Positions 1 to 9,080 of a DNA stretch of 35,237 nucleotides are shown here, piece by piece (the stretch's first letter is position 1; the number at the start of each line of letters is the position of its first letter). The translations under genes were made by a program, and so were the position numbers. The stretch is from Methanosarcinales archaeon (GTDB lineage Archaea; Halobacteriota; Methanosarcinia; Methanosarcinales; Methanogasteraceae). Under the pieces are notes generated by a model. That model saw only the letters and a program-made list of their open reading frames with translations. It was not told the DNA's origin and did no database searches. The stretch covers positions 1-35,237 of the forward strand of contig JAUWGA010000001.1 of assembly GCA_030606635.1 (NCBI GenBank). Reading direction: 5' to 3'.

Positions 1-1
1 C

Positions 2-721
2 GGAAGGGTTGGGGACGATGCCGATGGCGCATACCTGCGTTTTGAGATGGCAAAAGAAGGTGTAGACACGCAAGGGATCGAGGTCGCCCGGGGCAGAACC
101 GGCAGCGCGATCGTGCTTGTCGATCCAGGCGGCGAGCGCTCAATGTATGTGCATTCCGGTGTGAATGATGCGCTCTCAGTGACGCCAGAGAACCTATCCT
201 ACGTAAAAAGCGCGAGATACCTGCATCTGTCCTCCTTTGTCGACGAAACCGTAATCGATGTGCAGAGAGAGATTCTCGACCGGTCGAAAGCCGAGATATC
301 CTTTGCGCCCGGGATGCTCTATGTCAGGAGAGGGGTCGATACACTCAAGGAAATCATCTCAAAGACCCGTGTCATCTTCTTAAATCGCGATGAGATTGAG
401 ATCCTTACCAGGTCCGGCTACAGAAAGGGAGCGGGAGAGTTAAATGAGGTTGGAGCAGAGATTGTTGTGGTGACGCTCGGCGGAGACGGATGCTACATCC
501 GAACATCGGATGCAGAGGTTTCCATTCCTGGGCTTGCTGCGAGGGTCGTTGATACGACCGGTGCCGGGGATGCGTTCTGTGCCGGGTTTCTGTATGGGCT
601 GCTGATGGATGAGCCGCTTGGGGTGTGCGGGCGTCTCGGGAACTTTGTTGCCGCGAAGTGCATAGGCGCGGTTGGCGCGAGGGAAGGGCTGCCGAGAAAG
701 ATCGAGATTGCAGAGGGTTGA
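2..721 (+). CDS. PfkB-family carbohydrate/nucleoside kinase, N-terminus cut by the window edge
   Basis: The frame is open from nt 2 (GRVGDDADGAYLRFEMAKEGVDT...), so the listed Met at 47 is internal. The C-terminal PfkB/ribokinase signature DTTGAGDAFCAGFLYGL is present. Confidence 0.85.
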   Translation, partial: GRVGDDADGAYLRFEMAKEGVDTQGIEVARGRTGSAIVLVDPGGERSMYVHSGVNDALSVTPENLSYVKSARYLHLSSFVDETVIDVQREILDRSKAEISFAPGMLYVRRGVDTLKEIISKTRVIFLNRDEIEILTRSGYRKGAGELNEVGAEIVVVTLGGDGCYIRTSDAEVSIPGLAARVVDTTGAGDAFCAGFLYGLLMDEPLGVCGRLGNFVAAKCIGAVGAREGLPRKIEIAEG

Positions 722-754
722 AACTCGCGCCTTGGGCGTAGATGCCTGCACTCA

Positions 755-1336
755 TCAGCCGGTGAGCACGCCCTTCGTGCTTGGAATATCCGACCGCTCG
801 ACTGTGGCAGACCTGCGCAGCGCAATCCCGAACGCCTTGAAGATCGCCTCGATTACGTGGTGGTCGTTCTCGCCGCTTGCCGAGATGTGCGCGTTGATGC
901 CGGCACTCGAAACCAGCGAGTGGAAGAAGTGCGGCACCATCTGGGTCGTGAGATCGCCGACCACGTCTGAAGAGAAACCGACATCGAAGACCAGGTAACT
1001 CCTCCCGCTGAGGTCGAGGATCACGCTTGCACTCGCTTCATCCATCGGCACCCTGACATCGGCAAACCGCGCAATCCCTGCATGATCGCCGAGTGCCTGT
1101 GATATCGCCTGCCCGAGCACGATACCGACATCCTCGACCAGGTGGTGATCGCCGAGTTCGGTATCCCCTGCCGCGCTTAGGGTGAGATCGAACAACCCGT
1201 GCCTCGCAAACGAGTCCAGCACATGGTCGAGAAAGGCAACACCTGTGCCGATCTCTGATCTGCCGGTTCCCTCGATCACAAACGTCAGGTCGATCTCTGT
1301 TTCGTTTGTCTTTCGGTTAATGGTCGCTTTTCGCAT
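755..1336 (-). CDS. hisB: Imidazoleglycerol-phosphate dehydratase
   Basis: 193 aa. It starts RKTNETEIDL and carries the His-rich metal motifs FLDHVLDSFARHG and GENDHHVIEAIFKAFG, which are typical of HisB. Confidence 0.9.
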   Translation of the reverse strand: MRKATINRKTNETEIDLTFVIEGTGRSEIGTGVAFLDHVLDSFARHGLFDLTLSAAGDTELGDHHLVEDVGIVLGQAISQALGDHAGIARFADVRVPMDEASASVILDLSGRSYLVFDVGFSSDVVGDLTTQMVPHFFHSLVSSAGINAHISASGENDHHVIEAIFKAFGIALRRSATVERSDIPSTKGVLTG

Positions 1337-1342
1337 GGCTGT

Positions 1343-1660
1343 TTATCGATATAATCTGCCTGTGATCTCTTTTATGCTGGCTCTGGTCTCATTGGTCATG
1401 GCATCCAGTTTGCGATCCATACTCTCCTCCATGCCCTGAATATTTATCCGCAAGGATCGCTCCTTCGCCTCGATCTCGGATTCGATCCTCCTGAGCCGCG
1501 CATCCGCACCCAGGATCATCGCGGCGAGCGCAGCTACCAGCACCATCGCAGAGACATAGATCACAGGATCCTGGTTACCCAGGTAATTGAGCCATCTAAA
1601 CGTCAGTACAAATGCTGATACGACCATCAACGTTGCATATATCGTGTCTTTTGTATCCAT
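1343..1660 (-). CDS. Small membrane protein with a C-terminal coiled-coil-like tail (hypothetical)
   Basis: 105 aa. It has two hydrophobic segments (IYATLMVVSAFVLTF and VIYVSAMVLVAALAAMILG) followed by a charged helical tail. It lies 6 nt upstream of hisB on the same strand. Confidence 0.5.
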   Translation of the reverse strand: MDTKDTIYATLMVVSAFVLTFRWLNYLGNQDPVIYVSAMVLVAALAAMILGADARLRRIESEIEAKERSLRINIQGMEESMDRKLDAMTNETRASIKEITGRLYR

Positions 1661-1809
1661 TCCTGCACAACCTCTTGGTGGGTGATGTATTATCGTTCAC
1701 ACACATTTATAAATCTTAACATAAAATCCGGGATGTGCTTGGCGCGATCTCGGTGTTTTGTTTGAGACCTGAAACTGCTTACGATCAGGAAATAGCCCGA
1801 AAACCATCC

Positions 1810-3192
1810 CTACACCGCTACATGCATCCGCGTCTCTTCCTGCCCGCGCCATTCTCTATCTGTCGCAGTCCTGATCAGGATCTTATGCGCAGCGATCTCT
1901 GCCTTCTTTTTCGCATCGAACGCGTCTGCACCCATGGCAAGCGAGATCCCCATCCGCTCCTCAACGACCCACCTGCTGTGATACGAAAAAGGCTTTCCGA
2001 AGAGCTGGATGTTTGCGCCCGGCACAGACATCGCATCGAAGAGACCTTTGTACATCGGATCGAACCCCTGGGCTTGCGAGATGATCACGTGGGATGCCGC
2101 TGGCATCAGTGGGTCGAAGATGCGGTAACCCTCCTCGATCCTTGCCGGAACCGGAAGCCCTGTTATCGCACGAACATGCAAGCCACCCTCATTAAATCCC
2201 TGCGGATGCGAGATATACGTAACCATGCCGGTATCGTGCGGGCGTGGCGCGCATTCGTTGCCATAGATCTCGACTTTACCATCCCGGACGCGGACGAAGA
2301 GTTCGCATCCGAAGACGCCGACTCCACCCAGTTCGTCTGTGATCCGGCGTGCAGCATCGTAAATCTTCCTTTCCGCCTCTTTCGCAAGCTCGGGGTCCTT
2401 TTCGACAGACTTTCCGATATCATCCACGTTATACGGAAGATACTCCTCGATATTCGGACTATGCCACGATGAGTGGTAATCGCCATCGATCTGGTAGTGC
2501 CCGACCGGCTTTGGGAATGTGGTGACGATGTTACCGTCCTCGTCCAGATGCCTCACAGCAAGTTCTGTTACCTCGGTATTAAACGGGATATATTCCTCGA
2601 TGATCGCACGTTCGCCAGATCCGCGGGTCTCGTATCTGGCAGCGTCCATCGCTGCTTTGATGTCATCGCGGCTCTCGATGAAGTACGAGCCCTTGCCGCT
2701 GCTCGACATGATCGCCTTACTGAAGCACGGATACCCGATCTTCTCGACAGCATCTGTAAACTCAGAGAGGTCGTCTGTGCGGGTGTACGCGTAAGCTCCT
2801 GTTTTAACGCCTGATGCAACGATTAACTCCCTGATGCGCTCACGGTTCATCGCCGCATGAGTTGCCGCTGCGTTCGGCGTGACCAGATACCCGTCCTCCT
2901 CGAACTCGTTGAGAACATCGAGGTCGATCGCCTCGATCTCCGGTATGATGACGTCAGGTCGTTCCCGATCCACGATAGAACGCATCGCATTCGCATCCAT
3001 CATGTTGACGGTGTATGCCTTGTGCGCGACCTGTTGTGCTGGCGCCCGTTCGTACCGGTCCACAGCGACGACTTCCATACCGAGGCGCTGGGCTTCTATC
3101 GCGATCTCTTTTCCGAGTTCGCCCGCGCCGAAGAGGAGAAGCTTAAGCGACCTCTCTTCGAGCGGGGCTGCGAGAATCTCAAGTTGTCTCAT
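1810..3192 (-). CDS. purT: PurT-like ATP-grasp enzyme (formate-dependent GAR transformylase family), with insertions
   Basis: 460 aa. It is collinear with PurT as I recall it: LLLFGAGELGKEIAIEAQRLGMEVVAVDRY, PEIEAI, MNRE.IR, IGYPCF.K..MSSSGKG, GDY..SW, GVFG.ELF, PRPHDTGM, LFGKP. It is longer than the ~390-aa bacterial PurT. Confidence 0.8.
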   Translation of the reverse strand: MRQLEILAAPLEERSLKLLLFGAGELGKEIAIEAQRLGMEVVAVDRYERAPAQQVAHKAYTVNMMDANAMRSIVDRERPDVIIPEIEAIDLDVLNEFEEDGYLVTPNAAATHAAMNRERIRELIVASGVKTGAYAYTRTDDLSEFTDAVEKIGYPCFSKAIMSSSGKGSYFIESRDDIKAAMDAARYETRGSGERAIIEEYIPFNTEVTELAVRHLDEDGNIVTTFPKPVGHYQIDGDYHSSWHSPNIEEYLPYNVDDIGKSVEKDPELAKEAERKIYDAARRITDELGGVGVFGCELFVRVRDGKVEIYGNECAPRPHDTGMVTYISHPQGFNEGGLHVRAITGLPVPARIEEGYRIFDPLMPAASHVIISQAQGFDPMYKGLFDAMSVPGANIQLFGKPFSYHSRWVVEERMGISLAMGADAFDAKKKAEIAAHKILIRTATDREWRGQEETRMHVAV

Positions 3193-3436
3193 GGTATCCT
3201 ACTCCTGTACGGTGTTATGCGGCAAGGTACTTATTAGTATTTTAAGATGTGATTCACGTTACGGCTATCGATTTGTCTGGTTCTATAACGACATGGCAGA
3301 TCGCAGGAGCGCAGTCGAATCACTAAATTCCAGAGCAAATAAATTCGTGCAAATATGGGGTATGCGCCAGCATTCGTGATTTTATACCTTTTGGTCATGA
3401 CATTACAGAAACTTTTCGGAAACACGTTATAAAGAG

Positions 3437-3563
3437 ATATGCGAGCGGGAGTGTGGGGTTTGGGGGGGTAGTGTGGGGAGGGGGTAGTGTGGTAAAAAAA
3501 GAGGTTTTTTCAAAAACCCGCTCGCATATATGCCATATTGTGGTGTGATACTATTTAAACCTT
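3437..3563. repeat. Copy 1 of a composite element: 13-bp terminal inverted repeat enclosing a G-tract/AGTGTGG-repeat core, followed by a TATA-like box
   Basis: ATATGCGAGCGGG (3437-3449) pairs with CCCGCTCGCATAT (3517-3529). The core contains runs of G4, G7, G4 and G4 and repeated (T)AGTGTGG units. TGATACTATTTAAACCTT lies at 3546-3563. Confidence 0.85.
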
Positions 3564-3694
3564 ATGGTTTCAACAGAATATTCGTCATAATCCTGACATA
3601 TTCACAGCCAACATTGCCATACGGACCTACCACCCATTAGACCGTAGTCGTAGTCAAAACTGAAGCAATCGAAAGTGAAGAACTTGGTAGGGGG

Positions 3695-3806
3695 ATATGC
3701 GAGCGGGAGTGTGGGAAGTGGGGAGTGGGGGTTAGTGTGGTTAAAAAGAGTTTTTAGAAACCCGCTCGCATGTTACACCACTACTACCTGATACTATATA
3801 AACCTT
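3695..3806. repeat. Copy 2 of the same composite element
   Basis: ATATGCGAGCGGG (3695-3707) pairs with CCCGCTCGCAT (3761-3771). The G-rich AGTGTGG/AGTGGGG core is present. TGATACTATATAAACCTT lies at 3789-3806. On the minus strand this box reads TTTATATA, about 25 nt upstream of the hairpin. Confidence 0.85.
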
Positions 3807-3870
3807 GCGGCGCGGTGGGGCTGTCACGCCATGCCACCTTGCGCGAACATCCGCATAAGAGGTGGGGGGA

Positions 3871-4959
3871 TCACCGCTTCACCGCAAGCGCGTGCAACGG
3901 AAAGAGGGCGAGCGCGCCCACAGCGACTCCGGCGATTCCGAAGAGTGCTACGTAATCGGCATACAAGAGAATTCCTGCCGCAACTACCGGAAGTGCGGCA
4001 AATCCGGCATAAGTGCATGTATTAAAGACCCCCATCGCCATGCCGCGATCAGAACCGAGGGAGGCAACCCCCGCGACAAGCCCGACCATCGCAAACCCGG
4101 ATCCGGCGCCCATGATAGTAAGCCCGATCGGATGGTATATGGTCGCCACGATGCCGATTCCGGTTATCAGCGCACCTGCCCGGATCAGCCAGCGTTCAGT
4201 GGTACACGCACGACCGCCGATGAGCGAGGTCACCATCGCTCCAAAATAGACACCGGAAAGCGCAAGTCCCAGAGGGGACGGCGTTAAATCCGTGAAAGAT
4301 GGGAAATAAGCAACAAGAACCCCTGTCGCACCAAATAAGACGAAGGCGATCACCCATATCTGTAGATACCGCGCATCGGAAAGGATCGCGAATACACCCG
4401 AAATCCTCTGTGGTGCAGGCGGGATATCCGGATCATCGGGCTCCTGTTTCAGTGAAATCACAAGCACCAGTGCAGGGACTGCGAGCAAGGTAAATACCAG
4501 TATTCCACTTTTCAGATGGTAATACGTAAGTTCGGCAGCGGCTACAACACCGAGAGCAAGTCCGACATTGATCAGAAAAGTAAACTCTCCTATGTACTGC
4601 CTTCGATTCTTAAATTTCGTGAGCATCGAGAACGCTGCCGGAAAGAAAGCCCCGCAGGCGCACCCTTCGACAAAACGCGCAGACACGAGGATCTGCGGGG
4701 AGTCGGATAAGAAGAGCAGGACTCCGGATATGATCGTCAGAACGATACTGAGCAGGATAAACCGCGTATTTCCGTACCGGTCAGCAAGCATCCCGAGCGG
4801 GATCATCGAGACGAGTGCGCCTGCAAAGTACGCGGAGAAGATCATGCTCTGCACAAACGTTTCACCAGAGAGATCCGGGAGAATCGGCACAACCGCATCC
4901 GAGAGCCCCATGATCACGAAGACCGAGAGATAGAGACACGCGCGTATCCGGTTCATCAT
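3871..4959 (-). CDS. MFS-type transporter
   Basis: 362 aa with about 10-12 hydrophobic helices. An MFS loop 2-3 type motif is present (GMLADRYGNTRF, compare G-x-L-x-D-R-x-G-R). Confidence 0.8.
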   Translation of the reverse strand: MMNRIRACLYLSVFVIMGLSDAVVPILPDLSGETFVQSMIFSAYFAGALVSMIPLGMLADRYGNTRFILLSIVLTIISGVLLFLSDSPQILVSARFVEGCACGAFFPAAFSMLTKFKNRRQYIGEFTFLINVGLALGVVAAAELTYYHLKSGILVFTLLAVPALVLVISLKQEPDDPDIPPAPQRISGVFAILSDARYLQIWVIAFVLFGATGVLVAYFPSFTDLTPSPLGLALSGVYFGAMVTSLIGGRACTTERWLIRAGALITGIGIVATIYHPIGLTIMGAGSGFAMVGLVAGVASLGSDRGMAMGVFNTCTYAGFAALPVVAAGILLYADYVALFGIAGVAVGALALFPLHALAVKR

Positions 4960-5071
4960 TCAGATATCAGGATCGGATGGTTGTAAAGTTGTTGGGCAGA
5001 AACTCCTGGTCGTTTCAACCGGCAACTGATTCGCACGACTGAAAACAAAAAAGGATGGGTTTTGGCGCCCA

Positions 5072-5884
5072 TCACTCAGGAAGCGGGGGAAATCCGGGTC
5101 CGCCCGACGCTCCGTCAAGTATCTCGCCACCCATTTCGCCAAGCACTGTGAGATCAACGATCTCCGCACCGGCAGGGAGGTCAAACGTACTGTCCGGGAT
5201 ATTCGTATCCACATCAAACTCTGTGACCTCGTAGTGCACGCTCTCGGATTTGCCCTCGTATGTGCACTCATAGTCGAGCAGTAGCGTGAACCCGGTCTGC
5301 TTGTCCACGATCAGGTCAGCTCTTCCCATGCCGATATCTTCGCGGCCGAGTGCTCCGGCAGGTTGCCATACCTTGCTGTAGTCCAGTTTGACGGCCTTGC
5401 GACCCAGGCACGTTGTGTCGCTGTCTGTGATCCAGCTATCATCCCATGCGGAATCGTCGCTATAGCAACCATACGCCGCCCAGAACGGGTTTCCAAATCC
5501 GATGTTATCATCGGAACATTCCCCGGTTTTGATCACTGTGCCTTCCGCCTCGTCCACTATGTACATCCCATCCGCGTTCTGCAAGATGGTCATCGAATCC
5601 GCGCCATGGTTACTGCTGATCACCGACTTGAAGAACCAGACGTCTCCGGATTTCTTGCGCCATTCCTCAAATACGGCAGTATCCCCGTCATCGGTGGATA
5701 CGGTCGCTTTGTAGTGCAGGGAAGTCACATCGATCAGATCGAGATAATGTGCGATGCCGGATGGTACGCTCTCTTCTTGCGATTCATTCTGTTTGCTAGA
5801 ATCCGAGTCCACACAGCCGCACAACGTCACTGCGAGTACAAGAGCGAACACGACTGCGATTATTCTTACATGTTTCATTGCCAT
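5072..5884 (-). CDS. Secreted lipoprotein, hypothetical
   Basis: 270 aa. It has a signal peptide ending in the lipobox-like LCGC (MAMKHVRIIAVVFALVLAVTLCGC) and an acidic, Ser/Asp-rich mature part. Confidence 0.7.
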   Translation of the reverse strand: MAMKHVRIIAVVFALVLAVTLCGCVDSDSSKQNESQEESVPSGIAHYLDLIDVTSLHYKATVSTDDGDTAVFEEWRKKSGDVWFFKSVISSNHGADSMTILQNADGMYIVDEAEGTVIKTGECSDDNIGFGNPFWAAYGCYSDDSAWDDSWITDSDTTCLGRKAVKLDYSKVWQPAGALGREDIGMGRADLIVDKQTGFTLLLDYECTYEGKSESVHYEVTEFDVDTNIPDSTFDLPAGAEIVDLTVLGEMGGEILDGASGGPGFPPLPE

Positions 5885-6068
5885 ATCTCCTGTGTTTTAT
5901 GTTCGGTTTGAGCAGATTTGACTTGTTCTCTCCGCACTATAATAACTCTGCTTCTTTTTTTGGGCTCGTTTTATTGTCGCCTGAAGCGGTGCATCGCGTC
6001 GCGCTGAAGGGTGTTTGTAACGGGAATTTTTCTTAAATTATTCACCAACTATGCGAAGCTAAAAATCT

Positions 6069-6827
6069 CTAATCTTTGACCTTTATATAAAAAACATCAG
6101 GGCCATTTTTCATCTTAATATTTTTTAATTCAAATAAATTTGGATGCGCCTTAACAAGTAGGGATAATTGTTTGTATCCATAAGACCTTGGATCAAAACT
6201 CGGATCTAACTGGAGTAAACAATTTCCCACCGCGCCCAAATGCGCCCAACCATCCTCCCCTAAAGCCATTTCAAAAGCTTCTTTGAGCAATGGAATCGGA
6301 TCCGATATTTTCGCTTCTTCACCGGTTGTTAATAAACTCTTTAATTCCGTTTCATTTCCCCGGATGGACTCTTTAGGTGTTAGATTTTCAGTATAAATGA
6401 ATATGTTGCATGCATTTACGAATGCCTTCGGTGTTATGCTTTTACCAACCCCCATCACAAAAACACCGCTTTCACGAATTCTAGTTGCAAGTCTTGTATA
6501 ATCACTGTCACTGGAAACGATACAGAAACCTTCTACTGAATCGTCATGAAGGATATCCATTGCATCAATAATCATCGCACTATCTGTGGAGTTCTTGCCA
6601 ACCGTATAACGGAACTGTTGGATTGGTTGAATTGCAAGATTATTTAAAGTCTCTTTCCATCCATTCATATTTGGTGTAGTCCAGTCGCCATAGATACGCC
6701 TTATCGTAATTGGTCCGTGTTTACCCGTTTCAGCTAAGATCTTTTCAATTAAAGTCGGTTGTGCATTATCACCATCTATAAGTAAAGCAATTTTTATCTT
6801 ATTTGTATCATTAAACTGGTTGATCAT
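6069..6827 (-). CDS. NYN-domain (LabA/DUF88-like) predicted RNase fused to a C-terminal OST-HTH/LOTUS domain
   Basis: 252 aa. The NYN hallmark pattern is IALLIDGDN...YGDW...NSTDSAMIIDAMD...FCIVSSDSDYTRLATRIRESGVFVMGVG. The C-terminal ~70 aa (LLKEAFE...GWAHLGAVGNCLLQLDPSFDPRSYGYKQLSLLVKAHPNLFEL) is LOTUS-like. The gene is much more AT-rich than its neighbours. Confidence 0.8.
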   Translation of the reverse strand: MINQFNDTNKIKIALLIDGDNAQPTLIEKILAETGKHGPITIRRIYGDWTTPNMNGWKETLNNLAIQPIQQFRYTVGKNSTDSAMIIDAMDILHDDSVEGFCIVSSDSDYTRLATRIRESGVFVMGVGKSITPKAFVNACNIFIYTENLTPKESIRGNETELKSLLTTGEEAKISDPIPLLKEAFEMALGEDGWAHLGAVGNCLLQLDPSFDPRSYGYKQLSLLVKAHPNLFELKNIKMKNGPDVFYIKVKD

Positions 6828-7015
6828 ACTTGGATCACACTCCTGTTACCGTTCAATAAATTTAAAAACATTCTTCCAATAACTTTAAGGAATGGCGATT
6901 CACGTCCCCGGTCTATGAATACACTCATAAGTATTATACTTGGGAGGATACTATATATGCTGCTCTTGGCGGGAATGTAAGCCCACAACCCCGGCAGTTC
7001 CTGCACAATTGTCAT
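6824..7015 (-). CDS. Possible 63-aa linker ORF (hypothetical, may be non-coding)
   Basis: It has ATGA-type 4-nt overlaps at both ends, with the 388-aa gene upstream and the NYN gene downstream. I recognise no motif. It spans the GC-to-AT composition switch. Confidence 0.3.
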   Translation of the reverse strand: MTIVQELPGLWAYIPAKSSIYSILPSIILMSVFIDRGRESPFLKVIGRMFLNLLNGNRSVIQV

Positions 7016-8178
7016 GACGCGCTTGTCCCCAGTCCAAATGCATCCGCCAGTTCCGCGCCCGCTTCCCCGATCCCGAACAGACGATCCTTGACCGTCGAGA
7101 TCGACATGTATTTCTCAGTCCTTGTGCCGTCGTCCGATTCGATCTTTATCACGAATTCGTCCTTTGCCGCCCCGTGTGCGATACATTCGTTTGCGAATCT
7201 GCCGTATTCCGAGAGTATGACCTTCAGCGCATCAGAGACGTGCGGTTCCCTGATCACATTCATGCCATTAAACGTCAATCTCACAAGCGTCGCAACCTCG
7301 CGTCTTCTAGTATCCTTCACATAACCGGTCACCGCGTGCATGAGGTCTATAACCGCCTCGCTGTCGATCTCTTTTGAGACCAATTCATCTCTTGTCAGAT
7401 TGACCGGCTCTGCACCTTCATACACTATCGAATAATCATCGGTGGCAGTTTTCATCTCGATACGGACCATTTTTGCGCCCCTCCTATCCTTAAATTCTGC
7501 GGTTACCTGGTTATTTATGTAGTTAACGCCAGCCAAACGGTGATTCGACATGTCCATCATCTTCACCGCTTCCTCACTGTGGAATATCCCTGCCTTTCTC
7601 GGTACCGGAATTGCGAACGAACCTACCAGCTGCTTCACAGTGACCGCATCCTTAAACCGCAGTTCATAAGCGAATGATAGCTCGCCTAAATCTGCTTTAA
7701 ACTCGCCGTGGAGCCCCCTTTTCCCCTCCGAGTCGAGCGAATATGCAAATCTGGCGCCATATACGCCGAATTCGAGAAACGGACTGACTATCTTGCAGAC
7801 GCGCTCCGCGTTGAGGTCGATCTTCTCAGCCAGATCAGTTAGTGACGCACCAGACTCGGAATCGATCTTTGCCTTCTGCTGATCCACGCATGATGCACAC
7901 ACATCTATGATCGCATTCTTGCAGACCTGCATCTCATCGGTGCCGTCATCCCTGACGATCTCGTTCATCCGCCTCGTCACCTCGCTTTCGAATGTTCTCA
8001 GCCCGGAGATCTTCCTATCCTTTGCATGGTGGCTCTCTTCCACTTCGCTATTAGCCGAGATGATCTCGTTTTCAAGCGGAACTACCGCCTCGGTCATGTC
8101 CAGTAGCGCCTCCAGATCGTGAATGAAATCACGATCGGTTGGGAGTTTTACAGAGTCTTGATATAGATATTTCATCAT
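7012..8178 (-). CDS. Hypothetical protein, 388 aa
   Basis: Long ORF with protein-like composition. It overlaps the upstream gene by 4 nt. I recognise no family motif. Confidence 0.75.
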   Translation of the reverse strand: MMKYLYQDSVKLPTDRDFIHDLEALLDMTEAVVPLENEIISANSEVEESHHAKDRKISGLRTFESEVTRRMNEIVRDDGTDEMQVCKNAIIDVCASCVDQQKAKIDSESGASLTDLAEKIDLNAERVCKIVSPFLEFGVYGARFAYSLDSEGKRGLHGEFKADLGELSFAYELRFKDAVTVKQLVGSFAIPVPRKAGIFHSEEAVKMMDMSNHRLAGVNYINNQVTAEFKDRRGAKMVRIEMKTATDDYSIVYEGAEPVNLTRDELVSKEIDSEAVIDLMHAVTGYVKDTRRREVATLVRLTFNGMNVIREPHVSDALKVILSEYGRFANECIAHGAAKDEFVIKIESDDGTRTEKYMSISTVKDRLFGIGEAGAELADAFGLGTSAS

Positions 8179-8609
8179 AACACCATCCGTGCAATCCCGT
8201 ACATGTCGTCGTACACCCGTTCTGCAGCGATGCCCGATATCTCGAATATGATGGCTTCGGTGGTGAGGTACGTATCGACGCTATTACGCAGACAGCCGAC
8301 AGTCACGTCGCCCCCTTTGCCAAGCGCGGCATGCAGGTGGATGCTCGGGCTCCCATCCTTCCAGAGGATGTTTCCGATGCCGAGTATCTCGCAGGCGCCC
8401 GCGATCGAGTGCCACATCGGATCCGGCGGGACGGTGTCCTCCTTCGGTCCGGTTACGACCTGCATATTCTTAACAGCCCCGATCAGCATGAAGAATGCCT
8501 GCTTGATCTCTTCTGATCTTGCGAGTTTTACGAGTTCGTCGAGCAGATCCTCATCATGATCGATGCGTGCTAAGAACACCCGGCCAATCGAGCCCACTTC
8601 GTAGTCCAT
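8175..8609 (-). CDS. PPC/DUF296-like domain protein
   Basis: 144 aa. The pattern GRVFLARIDHDEDLLDELVKLARSEEIKQAFFMLIGAVKN...HLHAALG resembles the PPC (DUF296) fold family. Assigned from memory only. Confidence 0.55.
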   Translation of the reverse strand: MDYEVGSIGRVFLARIDHDEDLLDELVKLARSEEIKQAFFMLIGAVKNMQVVTGPKEDTVPPDPMWHSIAGACEILGIGNILWKDGSPSIHLHAALGKGGDVTVGCLRNSVDTYLTTEAIIFEISGIAAERVYDDMYGIARMVL

Positions 8610-8610
8610 C

Positions 8611-8988
8611 TCATCCGGTCCCTGGCAGGTGCTTTTTTATGCCATCGATCAACTCTCTGTGACCGAATGGCTTGGTGATGTATTCATCGACACCGACAAC
8701 ATGCAGACCGATCATCTTATCGATGGACTGCGCCTTTGCTGTGAGCATCACCACTGGAATATCCTTTGTTTCCTCGTTTTTACGGATTGATTCGTACACG
8801 CCCCAGCCATCGATATCTTCCATCATAATATCCAGCAGGATCAGATCGGGTTTTGTATCTTTGAGCATGTCCAGCGCATCTCTGCCGCTGTAAGCTGGCA
8901 GCACCTCATAACCCTCATTTTCAAGCACCAGTGTGATCAGGTCTACCGTATCCGGTTCATCGTCCACAGCCATAATCCTTACACTCAT
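8611..8988 (-). CDS. Stand-alone response-regulator receiver domain (CheY-like)
   Basis: 125 aa. The acidic pocket VDDE, the phospho-acceptor LILLDIMMEDIDG, and VVMLTAKA and KPF (conserved T and K) are all present. Confidence 0.9.
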   Translation of the reverse strand: MSVRIMAVDDEPDTVDLITLVLENEGYEVLPAYSGRDALDMLKDTKPDLILLDIMMEDIDGWGVYESIRKNEETKDIPVVMLTAKAQSIDKMIGLHVVGVDEYITKPFGHRELIDGIKKHLPGTG

Positions 8989-9080
8989 GTAATAGATACG
9001 TTTTGTACCAGATGCATAATAAAGTAACCCTTCATCTAAGGATAGAAACGTTTATGTGACATCGCCAGAGAGTAAGATCG

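Noticed and set aside
1735-2472. 245-aa plus-strand ORF, and similar ORFs at 2473-2814, 2857-3379, 9878-10654, 26585-27508, 34422-35141 and elsewhere
   Set aside because: All lie antisense within long ORFs that have clear family signatures (purT, elp3, the helicase, PGP/radA). Their composition is Arg/Ser/Cys-rich and non-protein-like. They are shadow ORFs of a GC-rich genome.
3437-3806. Possible mini-CRISPR array, given the repeated palindromic sequence
   Set aside because: There are only two copies. The units are 80-125 nt rather than 25-40 nt. The palindrome arms enclose the whole G-rich core, and no cas genes are present. It does not have CRISPR architecture.
4960-5271. 103-aa minus-strand ORF between the MFS and lipoprotein genes
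   Set aside because: It overlaps the 3' end of the 270-aa lipoprotein gene in another frame and has Arg/Ser-rich junk composition. The real intergenic gap is 4960-5071.
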